A stretch of DNA of 58,380 nucleotides from a virus (taxonomy: Duplodnaviria > Caudoviricetes), in the IMG/VR virus record IMGVR_UViG_3300044266_000460, positions 1 through 58,380 of that record; one strand, given 5' to 3'. Below are positions 46,311 through 54,030 of this stretch, one piece after another. The notes under the pieces were generated by a model. The model was given only the letters and a program-made list of their open reading frames with translations, was not told the origin of the DNA and made no database searches. Both the position numbers and the translations under genes were made by a program. Position 1 is the stretch's first letter. Each line of letters opens with the position of its first letter.

Positions 46311-46469
46311 TTATTCTCCTGTTGAGTCTTCGTCTTTGATGTAGGGTATGTTCAAGCGCCGGCAAAAATCTTCTTCAGACTCGGAATACACGGTGTGCTT
46401 ACACTCGGGGCAGATCATGTCTCCGTAGCCCATAGATTCCATGTCAGTGCCACACTTGGGACAGTCCAT
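46311..46469 (-). CDS. Zinc-ribbon protein
   Basis: CPKCG...CPEC. Confidence 0.6.
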   Translation of the reverse strand: MDCPKCGTDMESMGYGDMICPECKHTVYSESEEDFCRRLNIPYIKDEDSTGE

Positions 46470-46470
46470 G

Positions 46471-46875
46471 TTATTTCCCGAACTTTGCGAACCAGCTGGC
46501 AATGAACTTGTCACCCACATCCAAGCTGACGTAATTGTCACCTTGCATGCCCTGTTCCGAATAATTGACGTCACCACCAGCCAGTCCCTGGCCGATCAAA
46601 TATGCTTCGAGTTCTTTGATAAACAGTTCGTCGGTGTAGATCAAGCCATGCTGCATCGTATCCCAGGTGTCAGTGTTGAAGTAAACCCGCAGCTCACCAA
46701 AGGTTTCTTCGTCGTTGACATAGCTAAGGCACAGGCCCGTGATCTCCACGGCCCGCTGTTCCCCACTCCAATAACCATCGCCGCTGGTGTGCAGGGTAGC
46801 TGTAATGCCGACGCCGTTGTCTTTGTTGGTGAACACGCCCGCACCCATAGTGGTTTGTCGGCCAATGAATTCCAT
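46471..46875 (-). CDS. Hypothetical protein
   Basis: AGGAG SD; YSEQGMQGDNYVSLD. Confidence 0.7.
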   Translation of the reverse strand: MEFIGRQTTMGAGVFTNKDNGVGITATLHTSGDGYWSGEQRAVEITGLCLSYVNDEETFGELRVYFNTDTWDTMQHGLIYTDELFIKELEAYLIGQGLAGGDVNYSEQGMQGDNYVSLDVGDKFIASWFAKFGK

Positions 46876-46901
46876 GTATTTCTCCTGTCTAAAGTTAAAT
46901 G

Positions 46902-47246
46902 TTAGTCCAAGCGGCTTCCGGCATAGGCACGGAAACCATATTTTTGAAATACTTTCGCCGCAGCATCAGCACCCGCTTCCAGGGTGTCAATGTTTTGGCA
47001 CCCAAATCGGCTAGGGTTCCACATCTGCAACCCACCACCGTAGGCTTTGGTAATGCCCTGCGCAGCGAATGCCTTGCCCAGTCGCGTGTTGCCCTTGACG
47101 CCGTAGATCGTGACCCACGCGAAACCGCAAGAATATTGATCTTTACCACCCAGCCGTTCACGGAAGAATTTTTCAGCAGCTTCGTGGGCTGCGATTTTGG
47201 CTTCAACAACGATATTGGGGATTTGCTCGGGGGTAACAGTGCTCAT
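46902..47246 (-). CDS. Hypothetical early protein (CGFAWV...SRLD)
   Basis: After a promoter cassette with AGGAG. Confidence 0.75.
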   Translation of the reverse strand: MSTVTPEQIPNIVVEAKIAAHEAAEKFFRERLGGKDQYSCGFAWVTIYGVKGNTRLGKAFAAQGITKAYGGGLQMWNPSRFGCQNIDTLEAGADAAAKVFQKYGFRAYAGSRLD

Positions 47247-47307
47247 TGTCTGCTCCTAGTCGTTAACTATATCGCTATTATACGCTTTTGGTGGAAAAAG
47301 TCAACCG
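47243..47307 (-). promoter_or_regulatory. Early promoter + UTR cassette (diverged copy)
   Basis: TTGACT-16-TATAAT; UTR ATAGTTAACGACTAGGAGCAGACAATG nearly identical to that at 37875. Confidence 0.8.
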
Positions 47308-47312
47308 AAATT

Positions 47313-47618
47313 TTAGGAGTTGTAACTCATTGAAAGCAAAAGGAAAACAGCACCGCCCATTTGTTCCAACAGGTAATCTTCGGCCATTTTTTGGCTACCA
47401 AAGCTCTTGAACAAAAAGGGATATCTGGGATATTCGCGACTTCCCCACGTGTCCCCGGGCTTTTTAGAATTTTCCCAGGCCCGTTGTGTCCAGATATGAA
47501 CATTGTAGCTGTCAAATTCAACAGGCATCTGCCGAACCAAGGTGCTCAGACTTCTTCGGTGTTCCATGAAGCCAATCAAGCCATCTTGCTCAATACAGAT
47601 GTCAACTGCACTGGTCAT
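47313..47618 (-). CDS. Hypothetical protein, tandem paralog 1
   Basis: EQDGLIGF...DSYNVHIWT..AW.NS...LFKSFG.QKMAEDYLL...FLLLSMSYN. Confidence 0.7.
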   Translation of the reverse strand: MTSAVDICIEQDGLIGFMEHRRSLSTLVRQMPVEFDSYNVHIWTQRAWENSKKPGDTWGSREYPRYPFLFKSFGSQKMAEDYLLEQMGGAVFLLLSMSYNS

Positions 47619-47646
47619 AGTTGATCCCTTTGTTTACGGTGCTGAT

Positions 47647-47674
47647 ATTATACAGGATACAACTTGAATGTCAA
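47647..47674 (-). promoter_or_regulatory. sigma70-like promoter
   Basis: TTGACA-16-TATAAT. Confidence 0.75.
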
Positions 47675-47682
47675 CCAAAATT

Positions 47683-47973
47683 TTAGGTATTGTAACTCAT
47701 TGAAAGCAAAAGAAAACTTGAGTAGGCCATTTTATCCAGCAAGTAATCTTCGGCCATTTTTTGGTTGCCAAAGCTCTTGAACAACAAGGGCCAACGCGGT
47801 GGAATTTTATCCATCCGCCAAAGCACATCCGGAGGTATCCGAGAATTTTTCCAAGCCTGTAGGGTCCAGATATGAACGTTGTAACTGTCGTAGTCAAAAT
47901 TTCCACCTTGGGCTCTTTTGTATTCCACGAATCCAATCAGGCCATCCTGTTCCAAGCAAACGGTAATTGACAT
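47683..47973 (-). CDS. Hypothetical protein, tandem paralog 2
   Basis: Same motifs as 47313-47618. Confidence 0.7.
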   Translation of the reverse strand: MSITVCLEQDGLIGFVEYKRAQGGNFDYDSYNVHIWTLQAWKNSRIPPDVLWRMDKIPPRWPLLFKSFGNQKMAEDYLLDKMAYSSFLLLSMSYNT

Positions 47974-47976
47974 GTG

Positions 47977-48264
47977 CTAGTCCTTGACTACGTTTTCACC
48001 GCGCTTGAGGGTTTCAAAAATTGTATATTTGCGCAGTGCAGGTTTCATTAAACGCAAGCGAGTAACTTCCAAACCTTCAACAAACGTTACTGCTGACTCC
48101 AGCATGGCCTCACGAAACCAAAAGGGATTGATGATGGCCAGCAGTACATATATCACGGCAGGGATCAGCAGCCCAATGGTGACGAGCAAATACGTCAATT
48201 GCCAGTACCAGGGCAATAGATCAAACGTGTTTACTGATTCCGCCTTTGCGGGTTCTTGTTCCAT
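47977..48264 (-). CDS. Membrane protein
   Basis: Long hydrophobic segment, NPFWFR. Confidence 0.65.
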   Translation of the reverse strand: MEQEPAKAESVNTFDLLPWYWQLTYLLVTIGLLIPAVIYVLLAIINPFWFREAMLESAVTFVEGLEVTRLRLMKPALRKYTIFETLKRGENVVKD

Positions 48265-48265
48265 A

Positions 48266-48499
48266 TTAGTCCTTGATGTTCCGGCTGACTGAGCTCCACT
48301 TTGGGCCGGTACCAATAAATTTGTTATCTTCCCATTCAACCCAAGCCAACAACAAACTGGGATCTGAAAGATACGCTTCACCTACCAAGCGATTTGCATC
48401 TCCGGCGGTTTCGCATTCCAGCTCGGTCTTGGTTGTGTGCAAGTCCGCATCCAAGTTGCGACCGCCGACATTCGTAACCTTAAACAGTGTGACCTTCAT
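48266..48499 (-). CDS. Hypothetical protein
   Basis: AAGGAG SD before MKVTLFK. Confidence 0.65.
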   Translation of the reverse strand: MKVTLFKVTNVGGRNLDADLHTTKTELECETAGDANRLVGEAYLSDPSLLLAWVEWEDNKFIGTGPKWSSVSRNIKD

Positions 48500-48503
48500 G
48501 TTG

Positions 48504-49031
48504 CTACTCCTTGAATAGATTAGGGAATTTTTCATCAACAAAATCATGCACTTGCTGTTGGGTCATGTCGCCGAGATCCTTGCCACCCTGCACCGTCACG
48601 GCCCTTGAGCAGAGTCGCGCCAGTTTGGCACCCGCTGCATCGTCATCACAGACCGCCACAGTGACGCGCCCCAGTGACCCCATCCAGGGCCGCAATTGCC
48701 GGGGGTCGTTGCCCAGTACCGCCACCGCAGGCAAGCCCAGGTTATGCAGCTTACACGCATCAAACACACCTTCGGTCACGAACAATACATCACTGCGAAA
48801 GTGCCAAGTCTCCAGGCCCCAGACCGCCAGCTTGTTTTTGGCCCAGGTAAAGTAGCGACCTTCTCGCGGATCATTGCGACATGTTTTGGGCGCAAAGGGG
48901 CGATACTGCTGATAACCAGCCCACTGCCCCGACAGATTCCACAGGGCAAAACAAGCGGTCTCATCGTCCCAGCTCACAGTGTAGAGGCTGGGATCAAGTC
49001 CGCGTTCCAGTAGATGTGTTCGAACGTCCAT
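48504..49031 (-). CDS. Toprim-domain (DnaG primase-like) protein
   Basis: LFVTEGVFDA, AVAVLG, VCDDDAAG, KDLGD. Confidence 0.82.
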   Translation of the reverse strand: MDVRTHLLERGLDPSLYTVSWDDETACFALWNLSGQWAGYQQYRPFAPKTCRNDPREGRYFTWAKNKLAVWGLETWHFRSDVLFVTEGVFDACKLHNLGLPAVAVLGNDPRQLRPWMGSLGRVTVAVCDDDAAGAKLARLCSRAVTVQGGKDLGDMTQQQVHDFVDEKFPNLFKE

Positions 49032-49037
49032 TCACAC

Positions 49038-49096
49038 ATTATAGGACAGACATCAATTTGGGTCAACCACGATCAAGACGCGCTAAGTCATTGATT
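49038..49096 (-). promoter_or_regulatory. sigma70-like promoter with upstream CGCGCTAAGTCATTGATT motif
   Basis: TTGACC-17-TATAAT, 6 nt from the ATG; motif at 49079-49096. Confidence 0.8.
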
Positions 49097-49339
49097 CTAA
49101 AGCCATTTCAGGGTGAATGCACAGGCATCACGGTCGCTGTCAAAGTAGAACATGTAGCGCCCCGGGCGATGATTGTCGCTGGTATCGATCAAGCGCCAAC
49201 GCCAGGTGTCCCGGCATTCGGCCTTGCACCAATCTATGATGTGATCTAGATGACCCGAAGGTTTGGCTATCTCCGCGTGGTAGGGAAAGCTTTCTGCCGT
49301 GCGCGAGAGTTTAATTTCGTTTGGTTCGCATATAGACAT
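49097..49339 (-). CDS. Hypothetical protein
   Basis: IIDWC...WRW...PG.Y.FYFD..RD..AF.LKW. Confidence 0.65.
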   Translation of the reverse strand: MSICEPNEIKLSRTAESFPYHAEIAKPSGHLDHIIDWCKAECRDTWRWRLIDTSDNHRPGRYMFYFDSDRDACAFTLKWL

Positions 49340-49562
49340 TGCCAATGTATCTATCCGCGGATTCAGGGTCGGTGCAAAAAAACAGGAAGTAATCGGTGAT
49401 GCCAAACCGATTGCAGAAGCTCTGACCCAAGCGAGATCCACGCATGATATCCCAGACCGCGGTGCGCCGCCAGGCCTGCCAATCCCGGCGACTGATGCGC
49501 TGCCGGCTGCGTGGTCGTTCAAACTGCTGGATCTCTTGTGCCAGTGTGGGGAAGGATTTCAA
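49311..49562 (-). CDS. Hypothetical protein
   Basis: RLGQSFC..FGI. Confidence 0.6.
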   Translation of the reverse strand: MKSFPTLAQEIQQFERPRSRQRISRRDWQAWRRTAVWDIMRGSRLGQSFCNRFGITDYFLFFCTDPESADRYIGNVYMRTKRN

Positions 49563-50260
49563 GCTAGCACGAGCTCCGGTTGGTTCAACGTGATGAAGCG
49601 GTGCTGGTCCCGGCGCTGCCGGATGTAATAGTATGCCAGGATCGGGATGTCACGACCCCGATCCCACAGGCTCCGTACCATGCTGTGCAGCGAATTCTTG
49701 CTTTCCACACTCCACTGCACCGGAGTCTGGCTGGCCGTGTCCCGGAACCAATATTCGGTCATTTCATAGCGCCGGCGACTGCACTGTATGCGTCGCAAGG
49801 GTCGCAGCGTCATGGGCAGTTTTTTGCCAACAACATCAATGCCGGCATTGTAGGGCACGGACTGGATCTCTTCCCAGAGCAGGGCACGGTCCCGATCTTC
49901 GACGTAAAAATGCGGCAAACGATAGATCATGCCACGATGTCGGTGCTGTATGGGTGCTCCAGTCAGTATGCCATAGAGATCACGCTGGAATTCGCTGAGC
50001 GGCTGGCTGCGCAACATCTTCAGCATGATCTTGTTGCGGAAATGTTCGCGTGTGGCCTGGGCGTGGGTACGATCCTCGTCGGTGATCAACCTTCCTTCGC
50101 CCGAGGTATTGGTACGATATGCGGCCCAACTTATGGCTATGGGATCGTCGGGCAGATTCCACGGTTGTCGGTCATGTTCCACAGCGGCCAGATCCCAATC
50201 CACGCCGGCATTGTCGGCCCCAAGAACCTGCACCAGTTCTACCACAGTTGAATTTGTCAT
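49559..50260 (-). CDS. Hypothetical protein
   Basis: Start MTNST immediately after the upstream stop. Confidence 0.7.
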   Translation of the reverse strand: MTNSTVVELVQVLGADNAGVDWDLAAVEHDRQPWNLPDDPIAISWAAYRTNTSGEGRLITDEDRTHAQATREHFRNKIMLKMLRSQPLSEFQRDLYGILTGAPIQHRHRGMIYRLPHFYVEDRDRALLWEEIQSVPYNAGIDVVGKKLPMTLRPLRRIQCSRRRYEMTEYWFRDTASQTPVQWSVESKNSLHSMVRSLWDRGRDIPILAYYYIRQRRDQHRFITLNQPELVLA

Positions 50261-50261
50261 G

Positions 50262-50987
50262 TTAATCCCACAATGCAGAATAGTACCGCCCAAACAAGCG
50301 GAATCCGTTTTGTTTGCGATCCTGCCAGGCCTGCAGACCCTCCCGATCCACTTGGAAAGTATGGTTGGGGCCCTGGATCATCTCGCTGAATCCGTTGTCC
50401 AACTGGCGCCACTGATGGTCAGCATGTCCCGAATAAAACTGGTTCTCGGCGTCGTCGTCCAGCTTTTGTTCAAAAGCCCAGATCATTTCATCCAGGACCC
50501 AATCCCAACGTAGGAAGTGATTGCTGTCAGTATAACCACAATCCTTTTCTTCCTGTGTTTGCGGATCGGCTGCGGTACTGCGGAGATGCTCGGGCACATC
50601 GGCATCATCCACATAAGGTGCACCATGCGTGGTGGCCTTGAGCTGACGCAGCATGGGCAAGATGATCATGGCCAAGGTATGATCCATGCCCCAGGTATCC
50701 CAGGGATCGATGCGCACATAGATCCAGCGCCGACGCAGACCGTCAATCCAGCTCAGCAGGCGATAGATCCAGGTCTCCGGACGTTCCCGATCCCAGCTGG
50801 TGACCTCTCCCACCTGGGGCCGGGGTCGTATGCTGCCATGGGCCAGCCACTCACCAAACTGGTGGACCCAATGGGGGTGCCTGGGAATCCCGATTTCGTC
50901 GGGTTGTTTGCGTACCCAAAAACACAGTGCCTCGGCCAGCTGATAGGGGCCAAACCAAGACTTATATTTGCCAATGTAGATTTTCAT
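50262..50987 (-). CDS. Hypothetical phage protein
   Basis: IDPWDTWGMDHTLA.IILPML.QLK...RWDWVLDEMIWAF...GF.LFG.YY.ALWD. Confidence 0.8.
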   Translation of the reverse strand: MKIYIGKYKSWFGPYQLAEALCFWVRKQPDEIGIPRHPHWVHQFGEWLAHGSIRPRPQVGEVTSWDRERPETWIYRLLSWIDGLRRRWIYVRIDPWDTWGMDHTLAMIILPMLRQLKATTHGAPYVDDADVPEHLRSTAADPQTQEEKDCGYTDSNHFLRWDWVLDEMIWAFEQKLDDDAENQFYSGHADHQWRQLDNGFSEMIQGPNHTFQVDREGLQAWQDRKQNGFRLFGRYYSALWD

Positions 50988-50990
50988 AGT

Positions 50991-51191
50991 TCACCAGGAG
51001 TCATAGTCGGTTATGTCAATGTCAGTGTATTGCTCGTCCACGTAGCAGCGAGCATGGGTGGTCAGGCCGACCCCGCTGTTGCGATTCTGGATGATCTGCA
51101 CCCGCTGCACGTTGGCGTTCAGGGCCACGTAGACCGCTATCCTTTGCAGTTCAGTGCGATTCAATACCGGTGCCTGCATTCGCCATTTCAT
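50991..51191 (-). CDS. Small hypothetical protein
   Basis: SGVG...DITDYDSW. Confidence 0.6.
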   Translation of the reverse strand: MKWRMQAPVLNRTELQRIAVYVALNANVQRVQIIQNRNSGVGLTTHARCYVDEQYTDIDITDYDSW

Positions 51192-51540
51192 TCAATTCTT
51201 GGACCTTTTGTTGTAGGTGGACCCGCACTGCCTCGTCGCCGGCACAGATATCCACGGTGGCTTTCCGGAAACGCTTTTGGATATGCTCACGCAGTTCCTG
51301 GGGCGTGGTGCCCTGGGCCAAAAACGCATTGGTATCCTCGCGGAACAGATAGTAGGTGTCTTGGATAAACTCCACCCGGGCGGGTATGATCTGGGCCGTT
51401 GGCTCCGATGTCTGGGGCGTGGCCTCACCCCATTCTCGTTCTATTTCCTCCAGGGCGTGTTTTATGGCCAGGCGCAGGATTATGGTCGCGACCAACCACC
51501 CCACTGCTGCTCCCACGAAAAAACAAAAGATCTCGACCAT
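51151..51540 (-). CDS. Single-TM membrane protein
   Basis: Start reassigned to MVEIF after a promoter and GGAG; FLAQG. Confidence 0.7.
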   Translation of the reverse strand: MVEIFCFFVGAAVGWLVATIILRLAIKHALEEIEREWGEATPQTSEPTAQIIPARVEFIQDTYYLFREDTNAFLAQGTTPQELREHIQKRFRKATVDICAGDEAVRVHLQQKVQELNEMANAGTGIESH

Positions 51541-51571
51541 GATGTTGTCTCCAAGTTGACAAGATATCGCT

Positions 51572-51600
51572 AGTATATGCTCTTTGTAGTTATCGGTCAA
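51572..51600 (-). promoter_or_regulatory. sigma70-like promoter
   Basis: TTGACC-17-TATACT. Confidence 0.7.
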
Positions 51601-51626
51601 GAAGAAGCCGCCCGAAGGCGGCTTCT
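51601..51626 (-). terminator. Intrinsic terminator
   Basis: On - strand: AGAAGCCGCC-TTCG-GGCGGCTTCT TCTT. Confidence 0.8.
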
Positions 51627-51645
51627 GGTTCCAGCTGGGATCCTT

Positions 51646-51915
51646 TTACAGACCCAGGCTCAAAGCCCTGTAACCAGCTGCCACCAAGCGCCGGCTGGGG
51701 TTGCCCATACGGTATTCGGTGACATGCACACCATTGGCAGCTTTGCGGCTGTTGGCATACACAGCGAATCCGCCCTGGCGGATACGGCTCACTTCGGCGC
51801 TGATATTCTTGATACCAAAACGCTTGTGGGCCTGGCTGGCGCTGAGCTTCTCACCAGAGTGCAGGGCTTGGAACAGCTTGTAAGTCTTTGTTTTTTCATT
51901 GAAACGAGTAAGCAT
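51646..51915 (-). CDS. Winged-HTH-like DNA-binding protein
   Basis: L.SGEKLSA.QA.KRFGIKN.SA.VS.IR..G..VY.N...YR.G.P; own promoter TTGACC-17-TAAAGT at 51968-51996. Confidence 0.65.
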   Translation of the reverse strand: MLTRFNEKTKTYKLFQALHSGEKLSASQAHKRFGIKNISAEVSRIRQGGFAVYANSRKAANGVHVTEYRMGNPSRRLVAAGYRALSLGL

Positions 51916-52211
51916 AGTATTTTCCTCTAAGTAGATCGTCAATCCCTTGTGGGGGTGACGTGAACACACTTTAGCTGAAGTCTGTGCCAGGGTCAAGCCT
52001 GGATCTAGCCAAAACTCGGGATATTTTGTCCTTTCTGCGGGGAAAAGAGCATTTATTTTGGCGAGTCTGCTGCGGATCAGTAAATATACACGACATGCAG
52101 TCGCCAGGACAACCTTGCCGATACAGTGGTATGTGGGCGAGTTGGTTTCGCTTCTTGGAGGCATTGACAGTATAATAGAACCAGCAGCACCCTTTTTATT
52201 TAGGAGAAAGT

Positions 52212-52925
52212 ATGAAAAAGTTACTCGTAGTATTAGCACTGATGGCCACCGCTAGCGTGGCCCAAGCCCAGGTCAGCGGCAACGCCGGACTGGTCAGCGA
52301 TTATCGCTTCCGTGGCATCAGCCAGAGCCAAAATGCTCTAGCCCTGCAGGGTGGTGCCAATTACACCCATGGCAGCGGAGTTTATGTGGGCAACCAAAAC
52401 AGCACCGTCAGCAATCGCGTCTACAATGACAGCACCGGTCTTGAGATGGATGTGTATGGTGGATATAAGATGGAAGTGGCCAAGGGCCTGAAGCTGGATG
52501 TGGGCAGCTATAACTATGTCTACAGCCAAGCTGGCAACAAGTTTGGTTCCAACGCCAATACCAATGAGCTCTATGTTGGTGTCGAAAGCGGCGCTTTCGC
52601 AGTGAAATACAGCCGTGCCATCAGTGATTACTTTGGTCTGGCCAACAGCAAAGGTACCCAGTATCTCCAGGCCGATGCCAATGTGCCCGTGACCAAGCTG
52701 ATCACTGCCAATGCTCACATTGGTCGTACCCTGGTGCATAACTACAGCAATCGCGACTACACCGACGTCAAGTTGGGTGGCACCGTGAATGTGCAGGGTT
52801 TCTTGGTGGGTGCGCATTACTACACCAACCTCAAGAAAGGTGCTCAGGTCGAGGCTCTCAACACTGTTGATGGTCAGCAGCTTTTCAAGAACACCGTGGT
52901 AGTCAGTGTCAGCCACGCATTCTAA
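52212..52925 (+). CDS. Outer-membrane beta-barrel protein, TorF/TIGR02001-like
   Basis: Signal peptide AQA; VSDYRFRGISQ...ALQGG...G.YVG..E.D.YGGY; C-terminal Phe. Confidence 0.82.
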   Translation: MKKLLVVLALMATASVAQAQVSGNAGLVSDYRFRGISQSQNALALQGGANYTHGSGVYVGNQNSTVSNRVYNDSTGLEMDVYGGYKMEVAKGLKLDVGSYNYVYSQAGNKFGSNANTNELYVGVESGAFAVKYSRAISDYFGLANSKGTQYLQADANVPVTKLITANAHIGRTLVHNYSNRDYTDVKLGGTVNVQGFLVGAHYYTNLKKGAQVEALNTVDGQQLFKNTVVVSVSHAF

Positions 52926-52942
52926 CAGCAAATCGCATCAAT

Positions 52943-52973
52943 GAAAAACCGCCCTCCGGGGCGGTTTTCTTTT
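52943..52973. terminator. Bidirectional intrinsic terminator
   Basis: GAAAAACCGCCC-TCCG-GGGCGGTTTTCTTTT between convergent genes. Confidence 0.85.
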
Positions 52974-52983
52974 GACCTTGTTT

Positions 52984-53691
52984 TCAAGCCTGGGTGGCGT
53001 ATAAGGTGGTTACCAGTTCCGCTTCGCGTTGGGCATATAGAGGGATAAGACTGGATCTCATCAAGAAATCTATCCTATCTTTGTTGTGCTGCACCGGCAC
53101 CCGGAACCAATGTATCCGTTCAGCTGAAACACCACGGCTTCCCAGGTATTCCGGTCCCAGTTGCATCAAGTCGTTTAGGTGGCGCTGCAAAAACTTATCT
53201 TCAAGGTCATGACTTTGAGCGCGTTGAAACAGACGATCTGGTACGCCCACCAATCCCGATACCACCAAGTTATCTGAATTGAACATGCTGATCCAGTTGC
53301 GTCTTCCACCGGGGGTTTGCATCTCGCCGGCGATCAAAACCTTACCGATATAGCGGAAAAATAAATCATAGAGCGCTTTGGCCAGCCCCAGACCGCGATA
53401 TTGCTTGTGGGTGACTATGATGCTTACTTCATAGGCCGGTGTCTTAAACGGGAATGGGATATGGTGACGATATACTTTCAATTTGGCTACTTCTTGATAA
53501 ACATCATATATTTCTATATAGGTGATTATGGTGATGCTGTCACGCTGAACCACAAACCTAAAATCGTCATGACCCTTTAGGGGCCTGGACACTCTCACGA
53601 AATAAGAACTTGGAGACCACTCATGAAATGAGGCCGAGCCGCCTTGATAGTCCGATTGTGGTATAGGTCTGATGACTTCGTCTAAACGCAT
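52984..53691 (-). CDS. GNAT-family acetyltransferase-like late protein
   Basis: THKQYRGLGLAKALY (motif A), QTPGGRRNW; TAAATA 5 nt upstream. Confidence 0.7.
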   Translation of the reverse strand: MRLDEVIRPIPQSDYQGGSASFHEWSPSSYFVRVSRPLKGHDDFRFVVQRDSITIITYIEIYDVYQEVAKLKVYRHHIPFPFKTPAYEVSIIVTHKQYRGLGLAKALYDLFFRYIGKVLIAGEMQTPGGRRNWISMFNSDNLVVSGLVGVPDRLFQRAQSHDLEDKFLQRHLNDLMQLGPEYLGSRGVSAERIHWFRVPVQHNKDRIDFLMRSSLIPLYAQREAELVTTLYATQA

Positions 53692-53719
53692 GAAGATATT
53701 TATGCGAGTTCACGCTCAA

Positions 53720-53746
53720 GAAAAACCGCCCCAGGGGCGGTTTTCT
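53720..53746 (-). terminator. Intrinsic terminator, near-copy of 52943
   Basis: GAAAAACCGCCC-CAG-GGGCGGTTTTCT. Confidence 0.8.
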
Positions 53747-54023
53747 ATCGGCTACCAAACATCAAAGTCAACATCAGGAAACATCGCTCAGCAGAATCGC
53801 GGCTGCGATAACGCCACTTACGTCCCATCTTACCACTTTTGTTACGTTCAGGATCACAAATATCGCGAGCCTGATCCCACTGATCGTTGGATAAGTAGGA
53901 CCCATACCCGGGATGAGAATACTTGATCTCGTAGCAGGGGCGGCGTATTCCACCATTGCCCACACCGCGCCGTCGTACCTCGGCCAGTTCAAAAAGCTTA
54001 TTACGTTGCAGGACGCGATTCAT
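53745..54023 (-). CDS. Hypothetical protein
   Basis: Follows terC. Confidence 0.6.
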   Translation of the reverse strand: MNRVLQRNKLFELAEVRRRGVGNGGIRRPCYEIKYSHPGYGSYLSNDQWDQARDICDPERNKSGKMGRKWRYRSRDSAERCFLMLTLMFGSR

Positions 54024-54030
54024 ATGGACC

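Noticed and set aside
52085-52211. Riboswitch upstream of the porin (and yybP-ykoY upstream of terC)
   Set aside because: No recognisable TPP, SAM, cobalamin, glycine or Mn aptamer consensus by eye; terC has only a 14-nt upstream gap. An Rfam scan would be decisive.
51916-52239. N-terminal extensions in the ORF track (also 37328-37450, 43989-44105, 51541-51600, 40478-40588)
   Set aside because: They run through promoters or upstream genes; downstream starts with an SD or stop/start coupling are better supported
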